From contig DATLAM010000030.1 in the NCBI GenBank assembly GCA_035527435.1, forward strand, positions 1-24,603: a stretch of DNA of 24,603 bases, written 5' to 3'. Numbering within the stretch: the first letter of the stretch is position 1; every line of letters starts with the position of its first letter. This DNA comes from Candidatus Bathyarchaeia archaeon (GTDB taxonomy: Bacteria; Patescibacteriota; Microgenomatia; PFEM01; DATLAM01). The translations under genes were made by a program, and so were the position numbers. The notes below the pieces were generated by a model. The model had not been told where the DNA came from. It made no database searches and saw nothing but the letters and a program-made list of their open reading frames with translations. Below, piece after piece: positions 1 through 8,652 of this stretch.

Positions 1-2006
1 TTTGAGGCATCAGCCGGGCCGACGATACCGGCCCGTTCAAGCTGGTCAAGAATTCGAGCTGCCCGGGCATAGCCGATTTTTAGCCGCCGTTGCAAAAGCG
101 AGGCCGAAGCCCGATCGTACTGACAAACCGTTCTGACAGCATCAGAAAAAAACTCGTCTTTTTCCGCTGCTTCCTTTCCTAACCTTGCTTTCAAGCTCGG
201 CATTTGAGTAACCTCCTCTGTATAAACCGGAGCTATCCCGCTCTTTTTTAAAAAGCTTATCAATTTTTGGATTTCGGGCTCTGAGACATGGGCTCCCTGA
301 ATCCGGGTGGGCTTAGCCTGGTCAGGGGGAATATAAAGCATGTCGCCTCGGCCTAAAAGCTTTTCGGCTCCAACCATGTCCAGAATCACCCGAGAATCAA
401 CCTGGGAAGAAACAGCAAAAGCAACCCGGCAAGGGATATTGGCTTTAATCAGGCCGGTAATCACATCTACTGAAGGCCGCTGGGTGGAAATAACCAAATG
501 AATTCCGGTTGCCCGAGCCATTTGGGCAATTCGGCAAATAGTGTCCTCAACCTCGGCTGGGGCAAAAAGAATTATGTCCGCCAGCTCATCAACGATAATC
601 ACAATATAAGGCAGGGCGGCAAACCCGGAAAGTTCATTATAGGTTTCAATGTTTCTTACTCCGGTTTCCGCAAAAAGTTTATAACGTCGATCCATCTCGC
701 TAATCGCCCATTTTAAAGCCGAAACCACTTTATCTGGCTCCACAATCACCGGGGTAAGAAGATGGGGAATACCGTTGTACTGGGTCAACTCCACTCTTTT
801 AGGATCAATCAAAATAAACTTAACTTCCGAGGGGGAGGCTCGGAAAAGAATCGAGGCAATAAAGGAATTAAGGCAAACAGTTTTGCCTGAACCGGTAGTG
901 CCGGCAATCAAAACATGGGGCATCCGACCTAAATCAGCCACCACCGGCTGGCCAGAAACATTCAAACCCAAAGAAACGTTCAGCTTGGATTTGGCTTTCT
1001 TCATTGTTTCCCCAGTTAAAATCTTTTTTAAGGTTACGAATTCAAGCGAGCGATTGGGAATCTCAATCCCCACTAAGGAGCGGCCGGGAATTGGCGCCTC
1101 AATTCGAATTTGACCGGTCGGGGCGGCTAAAGCCAGGGCAAGATCACTACCTAAAGAGGTGATTTTACTTAATTTTGTTCCCAAGGCAATTTCTATGGCG
1201 TATTGGGTAACCGCTGGTCCAAGATTAACCTCGGCAACCCTAGCCGCAATTCCAAAAGACTCCAGGGTTTTTTCAATCACCGCCGCGTTTGCCTTGACAT
1301 CTCCCCGATCAGCCTTACCGGAAATCGAGTCTGCCAAAATCGAAAGAGGGGGGTATTCCCAAATCTGCTCCTCAGCTGGTACGCTGGTCACCAGTTGAGG
1401 GGACAATTCAAGCGCGGGCTTCTCAGTTCGTTTCTCTTCCTTTGTCTCTTCACCTCCCCTTACCGTCATTGGCGTTTTCGTCCTTAATGCCATTGGCCGA
1501 GAAACCCCCTGTTTTAAAACCGCCCCGCCTTTCTGCAAAGAGGTAATTATCTTGCCTAAAAAAAGAAGAATCTCTTCAAGAGAAGTATTAAAAGTAATCA
1601 CAAAACCAATAAAACCAATTCCCAAAAGAACTAAAAAGGCGCCCAGGCCGGTAATTAAAACCACCAAACTCTGCCAGATTTCCGCCCCCACCAGACCTGC
1701 CCGAGTTAAACCAACTGCGGCCACTAATAAAATCGTGGCCCCGACAAAGACATTGGGCCGAGTGATCTGCCAGCGCAAGCGGGAAAGCATCAAACCAGCA
1801 ATAATAAAAAGAAAGGGGAGGGCTAAAATCCCCCAACCGAAAATCTGAGAAAGAAGGCTAAAAAGACTTGAAAGCAGTGGTCCTTGGCGGGAAAAGGAAA
1901 GAATAATTACCCCCCCGACAGCAATTAAAAGCACGCTTGAAAGCGTATAAAAGGTCGCTTTTTTAAGCTTTAATTTAAATGGCTTTTTTCTTCTTCCACG
2001 GGCCAT
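1..2006 (-). CDS. ftsK: DNA translocase FtsK/SpoIIIE; 3' end runs off the window; absent from the ORF track
   Basis: Manual translation from ATG at 2006 gives MARGRRKKPF, hydrophobic TM segments, then YPPLSIL, Walker A HVLIAGTTGSGKT, LIDPKRVEL, and gamma domain ASASLLQRRLKIGYARAARILDQLE at the window edge. No in-frame stop was seen in the segments read. Confidence 0.95.
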   Translation of the reverse strand, partial: MARGRRKKPFKLKLKKATFYTLSSVLLIAVGGVIILSFSRQGPLLSSLFSLLSQIFGWGILALPFLFIIAGLMLSRLRWQITRPNVFVGATILLVAAVGLTRAGLVGAEIWQSLVVLITGLGAFLVLLGIGFIGFVITFNTSLEEILLFLGKIITSLQKGGAVLKQGVSRPMALRTKTPMTVRGGEETKEEKRTEKPALELSPQLVTSVPAEEQIWEYPPLSILADSISGKADRGDVKANAAVIEKTLESFGIAARVAEVNLGPAVTQYAIEIALGTKLSKITSLGSDLALALAAPTGQIRIEAPIPGRSLVGIEIPNRSLEFVTLKKILTGETMKKAKSKLNVSLGLNVSGQPVVADLGRMPHVLIAGTTGSGKTVCLNSFIASILFRASPSEVKFILIDPKRVELTQYNGIPHLLTPVIVEPDKVVSALKWAISEMDRRYKLFAETGVRNIETYNELSGFAALPYIVIIVDELADIILFAPAEVEDTICRIAQMARATGIHLVISTQRPSVDVITGLIKANIPCRVAFAVSSQVDSRVILDMVGAEKLLGRGDMLYIPPDQAKPTRIQGAHVSEPEIQKLISFLKKSGIAPVYTEEVTQMPSLKARLGKEAAEKDEFFSDAVRTVCQYDRASASLLQRRLKIGYARAARILDQLERAGIVGPADAS

Positions 2007-2021
2007 AATAATCTTTTTTCA

Positions 2022-2027
2022 ATTATA
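2022..2027 (-). promoter_or_regulatory. Possible -10 element (TATAAT) for ftsK
   Basis: Perfect TATAAT 15 nt upstream of the ftsK ATG. Only a weak -35 candidate (AAGACA, 18-nt spacer). Confidence 0.4.
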
Positions 2028-2070
2028 CAACAACTTGACTATTTCTGTCTTGGCGAAAACCTAAGAGGGG

Positions 2071-3423
2071 CTATTTACTCCTAACGGGGATGCTTTTTAC
2101 CCTGAGCCTTTTTATTACCTGGGCGTTTTTTTGATAAAATTGGACTACTTCCCCATTAAACAATTCCAAGATTCGCTCGTCCTTTACCCCTGTTTCCTGG
2201 GCTAAAAAGGAATAGGCTCTGATATGGCGGGGATCGCCACCGATAGGAATAAAATATTGTGGTTTCACTAAGGCAAAAAGGAGGCGAATATCACCAGCAG
2301 ATCCGTGGCCAGAAACATGAAGATTTTCCTGAATATCATAATAGTAGACTTTTGCTCCCCTCAGGGTCAACTTATCAACCAGGGCATTAACTGTTTCTTT
2401 AGAACCAGGGGGCGCCGGATCAGCGGAAAAAATCACCACCGCCCCTTTCTTTAGCCTTACCTTATAATCACCGCTGGCCAGGCGGGCGAGGGCCGAGCTT
2501 GGCTGACCGTAACTGCCGGCAATAAGGTAAGTTAGCCTGCCTCGGGGAAGTCGATTTGCTTTTTGGGGGAAAATAACGTCTTCTTCTCTAAGATTCAAAT
2601 ACCCTAGCTTTCGAGCAACTTTGATTTTTTCTTCTATGGAACGGCCCAGGATGACAATTTTCCGATTATGTTTTAGAGAAACCCTAATTGCCTGCTGAAG
2701 CCGAGAAATATTAGAAGAAACGGTGGTAACAAAAACCTGCTCTCTTGCCTCGCTAATGATCTGGCTAAAAATCTTTTCAATCTCTTTTTCGGAGCTGGTA
2801 AAACCCGGCGTGACTGCTCCCAAACAATCGGAAACTAAAGCCAAAACCTCTGGAGAAGCCAGTTGGGCAGCCTTTTTAATTTGAAAAACTTTGTTATCAA
2901 CAGGGGTGAAGTCAAATTTAAAATCGGAAACATGAAAAATTTTGCCTACCGGGGTTTTCAGGCAAAGGCCAAGACTGTCAGGAACAGAATGATTAACCCG
3001 AAAAGGTGTAATCTCAAAAGAGCCTAAACGGAAAGGCTCTTTATCAGGGTCAATCAGGTGGAGTCGGGAAGTCAAGCCAGGAAACTCTGCCAACCTTGAC
3101 TGGATAAAACCCTTAACCAGATTGGTTGCGTAAACAGGCGGGTTACCAATCTGGGGCAAAATAAAAGGCAAAGCGCCAAAATGATCCAAATGCCCATGGG
3201 TGATGATAACGCCTCGAATTTTGTCCCGCTTGGTTTTAAGATAACTAACATCAGGAACAATAACCTCTACCCCCGAACTGGGATCGTCAGGGAAATCAAC
3301 CCCACAGTCAACAATTAAGATGTCTTTCTTCCCTTCATAGACAAACATGTTTTGATTCACCCTTCCCCAACCGCCGAGGGCAACAATCTCTAGGCTTTCA
3401 TTTTTTCTTTGTTCGTCTTTCAT
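2071..3423 (-). CDS. rnj: Ribonuclease J (metallo-beta-lactamase/beta-CASP), lacking the C-terminal domain
   Basis: LGGWGRVNQNM, VDCG, HGHLDH, NHSVPD, DFKFD and HVSGH motifs. 450 aa. Confidence 0.92.
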   Translation of the reverse strand: MKDEQRKNESLEIVALGGWGRVNQNMFVYEGKKDILIVDCGVDFPDDPSSGVEVIVPDVSYLKTKRDKIRGVIITHGHLDHFGALPFILPQIGNPPVYATNLVKGFIQSRLAEFPGLTSRLHLIDPDKEPFRLGSFEITPFRVNHSVPDSLGLCLKTPVGKIFHVSDFKFDFTPVDNKVFQIKKAAQLASPEVLALVSDCLGAVTPGFTSSEKEIEKIFSQIISEAREQVFVTTVSSNISRLQQAIRVSLKHNRKIVILGRSIEEKIKVARKLGYLNLREEDVIFPQKANRLPRGRLTYLIAGSYGQPSSALARLASGDYKVRLKKGAVVIFSADPAPPGSKETVNALVDKLTLRGAKVYYYDIQENLHVSGHGSAGDIRLLFALVKPQYFIPIGGDPRHIRAYSFLAQETGVKDERILELFNGEVVQFYQKNAQVIKRLRVKSIPVRSK

Positions 3424-3441
3424 AAAAGATCGGCAAACCGT

Positions 3442-4092
3442 TTAAGTTTGGCCGTTAATTAAACTTAATTGCTCTCTTTTCTTTTCTTCCTTGATCGGCT
3501 CTTCAGCAAAATCCTTATCTTCTTGAGATTCTAACAGTTGAGGAATTTTTTTAAAATCCTCTTTTATCTGGTTCATCATTTCGCCCCTTCTGAGAGCCGC
3601 CGCCGGGTGATACATGGGCAAAACAGTCAATCTTTTTCCCTGCCAATCTACAAACCGAGCCTGGCCGTGAATTTGGCTGATCTTCTCGTCCGGTAAAAAC
3701 TGGGCCATGGAAAAACGACCCAAGGTGACTATCATCTTCGGATTGATAATCTCTATTTGCTTCTCTAAAAACGGCTGACAGGCCTTGATTTCTTCAGGTA
3801 AAGGATCGCGGTTTCCTGGCGGTCGATGCTTGATCACATTGCCAATAAAAACCTCATCTCTTTTAAGATTGATTAAGGCCAGCAGTTTATCCAAAAGCTT
3901 TCCGGATGCCCCGACGAACGGCAAACCTTGCTGGTCTTCATGGAATCCCGGGCCTTCGCCAATAAACATCATCTCCGCATCGGGCCTGCCTGCCCCAGGA
4001 ACGGATTTAGTTGCCTTTCTAAAAAGACGACAACGGGTGCATTTTTCCACCCTCTCAGCGATTTTTTTAAGTTTTCTTTGCTTTTCTTTCAT
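3442..4092 (-). CDS. udg: Uracil-DNA glycosylase, family 4 (Fe-S type)
   Basis: CTRC, GEGPG, PFVG, RPPGNRDP and YHPAA motifs. Confidence 0.92.
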   Translation of the reverse strand: MKEKQRKLKKIAERVEKCTRCRLFRKATKSVPGAGRPDAEMMFIGEGPGFHEDQQGLPFVGASGKLLDKLLALINLKRDEVFIGNVIKHRPPGNRDPLPEEIKACQPFLEKQIEIINPKMIVTLGRFSMAQFLPDEKISQIHGQARFVDWQGKRLTVLPMYHPAAALRRGEMMNQIKEDFKKIPQLLESQEDKDFAEEPIKEEKKREQLSLINGQT

Positions 4093-4125
4093 TAAAGTTA
4101 AGATCTCTGCTAATTTAGTTGATTT

Positions 4126-5202
4126 TTACCAGGTGGGTAAAAATTCTTTCATATTCTCGGTCGTTATCTGGAATCCTTGCTCCTTCCCTTCAGCAATCAA
4201 CTTAGCCGCTTTACGACAGATACCGTTAATCGTGCGCTGAAGAGTCCGCACTCCGGCATCGTAACCTAGGGGCCTAACAATCCTTGGCCAAACCGTTTCA
4301 TCAATCCTGATTGCCTCTTTATCAAGCCCTGACTCCTCCATCATTCTGGGCAAAACATAGTTTTTGCCAATGGCAATCTTCTCCTCATCAGTATAGGAAG
4401 GCATTTGCATCGGCTCCAGCCGATCAAGAACAGCCGTGGCAATCGTGGTGGTATTGTTGGCGGTAGCAATAAATAAAACTTCGGAAAGGTCAAAGGGAAA
4501 ATCAATAAAGTGATCTCGAAAAGCCATATTCTGCTCCGGATCAAGTAACTCAACCAAAACCCCCATAATGCTGGCCCGACCCTCATCTGTAACCCGATCA
4601 AGCTCGTCAAGTAAAATCACCGGGTTTTTGGTCTGGCAGCGCCTAAGGGCTTTTATCAACAGCCCTGTTTCGGCATCTGGATGGACTCGAGACTGGCCCC
4701 GCAGATCAAGGGGGCTACCCATCCCGCCGAAAGGGATCCGGGCAAACTTTCTTCCCATTGCCTCGGCGATTGAATAAGCAATCGTGGTTTTGCCTGTTCC
4801 AACCAAGCCCACGAAACAAAGAATGGGCGCTCTCATAAATTTCAAGATTCCCTCTCCCTCTTTGCCTTCACCCTTTTCCCTTTTTAGCTTAAGAACCGCT
4901 AAATATTCCAAGATCCGGTCTTTAATCTCCTCAAGGCCATAATGATTTTTATCCAAGACTTCTTTGGCTCGGCCAAGATCCAAGATATCCTCGCTGCGCT
5001 TCTTCCAGGGAAGGAAGGTAATCCAATCAATGTAGGTGGCCACCCTTTCATATTCGGCAGAGTATTCCCCCAAACGGGCCATTAGAGTCAGGCGCTTAAG
5101 CATCGCCAGGGCCTTTTCTTTTAAATCAGGGGGCAAATCCGCAGCCCCAACTTTCTTTTCAAGCTTGGCAACTTCACGAAAAAGATCTAGGTCTTTAGCC
5201 AT
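4126..5202 (-). CDS. Lon-family AAA+ ATPase module only, with no N-terminal substrate domain and no Ser-Lys protease domain
   Basis: LPW...LDKNHYGLEEIKDRILEYLAV, Walker A GLVGTGKT, Walker B LLDELD, LLDPEQN..F.DH, LDR and AGVR match Lon. The protein stops where the protease domain would begin. Confidence 0.9.
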   Translation of the reverse strand: MAKDLDLFREVAKLEKKVGAADLPPDLKEKALAMLKRLTLMARLGEYSAEYERVATYIDWITFLPWKKRSEDILDLGRAKEVLDKNHYGLEEIKDRILEYLAVLKLKREKGEGKEGEGILKFMRAPILCFVGLVGTGKTTIAYSIAEAMGRKFARIPFGGMGSPLDLRGQSRVHPDAETGLLIKALRRCQTKNPVILLDELDRVTDEGRASIMGVLVELLDPEQNMAFRDHFIDFPFDLSEVLFIATANNTTTIATAVLDRLEPMQMPSYTDEEKIAIGKNYVLPRMMEESGLDKEAIRIDETVWPRIVRPLGYDAGVRTLQRTINGICRKAAKLIAEGKEQGFQITTENMKEFLPTW

Positions 5203-5211
5203 TCTAAAAAA

Positions 5212-5240
5212 AGATTAGCACAAAGCGTGGCGGCAAACAA
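5212..5240 (-). promoter_or_regulatory. Putative sigma70 promoter for the Lon-like gene
   Basis: TTGTTT-17 nt-TAATCT with TG extended -10. The -10 ends 9 nt before the ATG. Confidence 0.55.
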
Positions 5241-5241
5241 G

Positions 5242-7413
5242 TTATCTGCGGCGAGAAAAACCGCGACGAGAAGAAGGACGACGGGGAGATCTTGATTGCT
5301 CTCTTGGGCGAGACATATCAGCACGCTTGGCGTCTTCGCCAAAGAGCATCGAAAGGTTAATCCTGCCCAGGTCATCAATCTCCCTTACCCTAACCTTAAC
5401 CTTTTGATCAACGCTGACAGCCTCGTTTGGATCAGCCACATACTCTGTTGACATTTGGGAAATATGGACCAAGCCTTCTTTTCCTGGAGCAATCTCAACA
5501 AAGGCGCCAAAAGGCTGAACCCTTTTAACTGTTCCCTCAAAAACTTCCCCAACTTCAACTTCCCGAGTTAGGCCCTCAATCCAGGCAATTGCCTGGTCAA
5601 CCGATTTTTTATCGGCCCCAGAAATATTGATTGTCCCATCATCTTCAACGTCAACTGTCGCTCCGGTTTTTTCAATAATTTCCCGAATTATTCGGCCCCC
5701 AGGGCCAATAACTTCGCCAATTTTATCTACTGGGATGTGCAAAATCGACACTTTGGGGGCAAACTTAGAAAGCTGGGCTCGCGAAGCAGGCAAAACCTTA
5801 AGCATTTCATCTAAAATATAAATTCGGCCCTGACGGGCTTGATCTAGCACTTTCCCAAGCACCTCAAGGGTAAGGTGGCGACTTTTAACATCCATTTGCA
5901 AGGCAGTAACCCCTTCCCGAGTCCCGGCTATCTTTAAATCCATCTCCCCATTAAAATCTTCCATTCCCAAAATATCAGAAAGAATCACCCTTTTATTTTT
6001 TTCTGAGACAAAACCCATGGCAATACCGGCAACAGGAGCTTTAATAGGAACACCGGCGTCCATTAAAGAAAGAGCAGAGCCGCAAACGGCTGCCATCGAG
6101 GTTGACCCATTGGAAGACATTATTTCAGACACGAGGCGAATGGTATAGGGTAATTTATCTTCAGGTGGAATGACTGGTTCTATAGCTTTCTCAGCCAAGG
6201 CACAATGCCCGATTTCTCTTCGGCTGGGCCAACCCAGGCGACCAGTTTCGCCTACCGAAAACGGAGGCATAGAATAATGATGAATATAGCGCTTAGTTTC
6301 TTCACCTGTCATGCTTTCAATTAACTGTCCTAGGGAGGGTGATCCAAGGGTGGTAACCGTTAAAGCCTGGGTGCTTCCTCGAGCAAAAATCGCTGAGCCG
6401 TGAGTTCGAGGCAAAACTCCCACATCAATCTTGAGGGGCCTAATTTGATCTGGCTTGCGTCCATCCGGCCGCTTGCCCTTAGTTAAAATCATCGCTCTGA
6501 TTTTCTTTTTAATTAATTGGTCAACTACCTGGCGAATCATCGCCTTTTGCTCCTCATCAAACTGCTCAGCCAACGCCATGATTATCTCTTCCAGCGCCTG
6601 GTTAGATTCTTCTTTGGTCGCCAATTTAAAAATCAATTTTTCTAAATCACTGCTAATCTCTTTCTCAATTTTTTTAACTAAGGCTGTTTCCAGTTTTTTC
6701 TCCTTAACGGGGTGTTTTTTCTTGCCAATTTCTTTTTGTAAATCTTTAATTAATTGAATTACCTTGATCGCTTCTTTCTGGGCAAAATCCAAACCTTTGA
6801 GAAGTGTTTCCTCAGAAACACTTTTGGTGCCCCCTTCAATCATCACGATTGAATCTGGGGTAGCTGAAACAACCACGTCTATCTCCGAATGTTCAAGATC
6901 TTGGGAAGTGGGATTAACAACAAAAGCCTCTTCTCCATTCCGGGGAACAAAACCGATTCGAACAGCCCCTACCGGGCCATCCCAAGGGATATCTGAAATC
7001 GCCAAAGCGGCGCTGGTGGCACAAATTGCCGGAACATCAGGATTATTCTCACTATCAACCGAAAGAACGGTAATAATAACCTGAACTTCATTGCGATACG
7101 CCTCTGGGAAAAGGGGGCGAACAGAGCGATCAATAAGCCGGGCAGTCCTGGTGGCCTCATCAGAAGGACGACCCTCTCTTTTAACCCAGCGAGAGCCCTT
7201 AATCCGACCGCCAGCATAAAGACGTTCAAGATATTCAACATAAAGAGGAAAATAATCCAGGTCTTCCCGAGGTAAAGAAGAAACAACGGTCGCCAGGACC
7301 ATGGTATCACCATAACGGCCGAGGACAGCCGCATTGGCTTGATTGGCAAAACGGCCAACTTCTAAGGTTAACTCCTTGCCGCCTATTTCAATTTTTTTGG
7401 AAACAATTTTCAC
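5242..7413 (-). CDS. pnp: Polyribonucleotide nucleotidyltransferase (PNPase)
   Basis: Two RNase PH domains (RLIDRSVRP; RTHGSAIFARG; SRREIGH; SNGSTSMA), then KH (IGPGG) and S1 domains. GTG start. Confidence 0.97.
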   Translation of the reverse strand: MKIVSKKIEIGGKELTLEVGRFANQANAAVLGRYGDTMVLATVVSSLPREDLDYFPLYVEYLERLYAGGRIKGSRWVKREGRPSDEATRTARLIDRSVRPLFPEAYRNEVQVIITVLSVDSENNPDVPAICATSAALAISDIPWDGPVGAVRIGFVPRNGEEAFVVNPTSQDLEHSEIDVVVSATPDSIVMIEGGTKSVSEETLLKGLDFAQKEAIKVIQLIKDLQKEIGKKKHPVKEKKLETALVKKIEKEISSDLEKLIFKLATKEESNQALEEIIMALAEQFDEEQKAMIRQVVDQLIKKKIRAMILTKGKRPDGRKPDQIRPLKIDVGVLPRTHGSAIFARGSTQALTVTTLGSPSLGQLIESMTGEETKRYIHHYSMPPFSVGETGRLGWPSRREIGHCALAEKAIEPVIPPEDKLPYTIRLVSEIMSSNGSTSMAAVCGSALSLMDAGVPIKAPVAGIAMGFVSEKNKRVILSDILGMEDFNGEMDLKIAGTREGVTALQMDVKSRHLTLEVLGKVLDQARQGRIYILDEMLKVLPASRAQLSKFAPKVSILHIPVDKIGEVIGPGGRIIREIIEKTGATVDVEDDGTINISGADKKSVDQAIAWIEGLTREVEVGEVFEGTVKRVQPFGAFVEIAPGKEGLVHISQMSTEYVADPNEAVSVDQKVKVRVREIDDLGRINLSMLFGEDAKRADMSRPREQSRSPRRPSSRRGFSRRR

Positions 7414-7436
7414 TGATTGGTTAATTAAAGCTGTTT

Positions 7437-7706
7437 TTATTTAGTTAGATTCAAATTTTTAATCACTTTTTTATAACGAACTTCATCTTTTTTTACTAAA
7501 AAATTCAGCAATCGCCGGCGCTTGGAAACCATCGAAAGTAAGCCTCGCCGACTGTGAACATCTTTCTTGTGTTCCTTCAGATGTTGCGTCAGTTTTTTTA
7601 CTTTAGCTGTCAAAAGAGCAATCTGGACCTCAGGCGAGCCAGTATCGTCTTTGGCGGTAGCAAACTTAGAAATCGTTTTCTTCTTTTCTTCAATGGTAAG
7701 GGCCAT
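7437..7706 (-). CDS. rpsO: 30S ribosomal protein S15
   Basis: [13 protein letters not shown] and [12 protein letters not shown] motifs. 89 aa. Confidence 0.98.
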   Translation of the reverse strand: MALTIEEKKKTISKFATAKDDTGSPEVQIALLTAKVKKLTQHLKEHKKDVHSRRGLLSMVSKRRRLLNFLVKKDEVRYKKVIKNLNLTK

Positions 7707-7714
7707 CTAAAAAT

Positions 7715-7743
7715 ATTTTATCAAATAAGGGCTCTTTTAACAA
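7715..7743 (-). promoter_or_regulatory. Putative sigma70 promoter for rpsO-pnp
   Basis: TTGTTA-17 nt-TAAAAT with TG extended -10. The -10 ends 8 nt before the ATG. Confidence 0.65.
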
Positions 7744-7755
7744 GAGGTTTTTTAA

Positions 7756-8652
7756 TCAAACGCGGGTCGAGCCTTTAAAAATCTTTGGTTCAAGCCAGTC
7801 CGATGATGGTTTTTGGTCTGGCTTTGCTTCTTGCGGCGTTTTTTTGGCTGAAACCCCTGAAGGCATCGGCGATAACGACACTTCCTTTTTCGGTTTGATC
7901 GCTTTCGTTTTTACCACCGAGGCTTTGGCTCTCCGTCCGCCTACCCGAAGACAAAAAGCAACCATCTCAAAGGTTAAAGCACTTGTATTTGGCGAGCTAA
8001 AACCCTGGGTAGCTTTCTCTATTGCTAAAAGAAGATTAGTGGCAATATCTTGATCAATCGGCAACTTAAGGTTGGCCATCAGATTAGCCACAACTTCTGA
8101 GCAAGAAGAAGCGGTTGGATTAAAAAGATTAATCTTGCCAAACTGAGTATTTTGGGGATCAATATCCAAATTGATCACCGTTTTTTGCTGATAAGCTTCC
8201 TTTTCCTGGTTATAAAGACTGCCCAAATCCTCTAGCCTTTGGGCACCGATAACAAAAACCAGGTCTGAGCCGCCAGAATAGTTATAGCTGACTTTCTCAG
8301 GAGAAATGGGAGGAAGACCAGCCTTGGGCTGGATAAGAAGATTAAATTTGTGATTATCGATATTATAACTCACTTTTTCGATTGAATCCTCAATATAATC
8401 AAAAGAAATAACTAAATTCTTTCCTCCTGGTTGCTGGCTGATTTTATCAACCCCCACTAAAGAAGAAAACTCAACCGTCATCTCATCAGGAGAGGCCACG
8501 GCAACAGTTTTGCCGGCTTTTTTTAAAGAAAGAAAAAGGGCAAGAGCAGCGCCAACATGGTCAAATTTAGGCTTCTCGGGAATAGTAACCAGGATTGTTT
8601 GGGCAGAGGTCAGAGCTTGTTGGGCCGGAGCAAAATCGAATTGTTGATTCAT
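7756..8652 (-). CDS. DHH/NrnA-like protein with degenerate catalytic motifs and no DHHA1 domain
   Basis: Motif order matches the DHH N-domain (ILV...P..D.VGAALAL; DLVFVIG; INLDIDP..N..FG.IN; ASSCSE; IAT.LL.AI..AT..F), but the metal-binding D/DHH residues are replaced. Lies directly after infB, where NrnA-like genes often occur. Confidence 0.7.
   Translation of the reverse strand: MNQQFDFAPAQQALTSAQTILVTIPEKPKFDHVGAALALFLSLKKAGKTVAVASPDEMTVEFSSLVGVDKISQQPGGKNLVISFDYIEDSIEKVSYNIDNHKFNLLIQPKAGLPPISPEKVSYNYSGGSDLVFVIGAQRLEDLGSLYNQEKEAYQQKTVINLDIDPQNTQFGKINLFNPTASSCSEVVANLMANLKLPIDQDIATNLLLAIEKATQGFSSPNTSALTFEMVAFCLRVGGRRAKASVVKTKAIKPKKEVSLSPMPSGVSAKKTPQEAKPDQKPSSDWLEPKIFKGSTRV

Noticed and set aside
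498-1848. Plus-strand ORFs of 72-112 aa and the minus-strand 82-aa ORF at 1588-1836
   Set aside because: They are shadows of ftsK, which occupies 1-2006 on the minus strand in another frame.
3442-4092. UdgX (covalent uracil-binding) assignment
   Set aside because: No KRRIH loop, and motif A is GEGPG rather than GEQPG.
5930-6240. PNPase deviations (GHC for GHG; EDFNGEMD for EDHLGDMD) as signs of inactivation
   Set aside because: Both metal-binding Asp equivalents and the SNGS motif are retained, so there is not enough evidence for loss of function.
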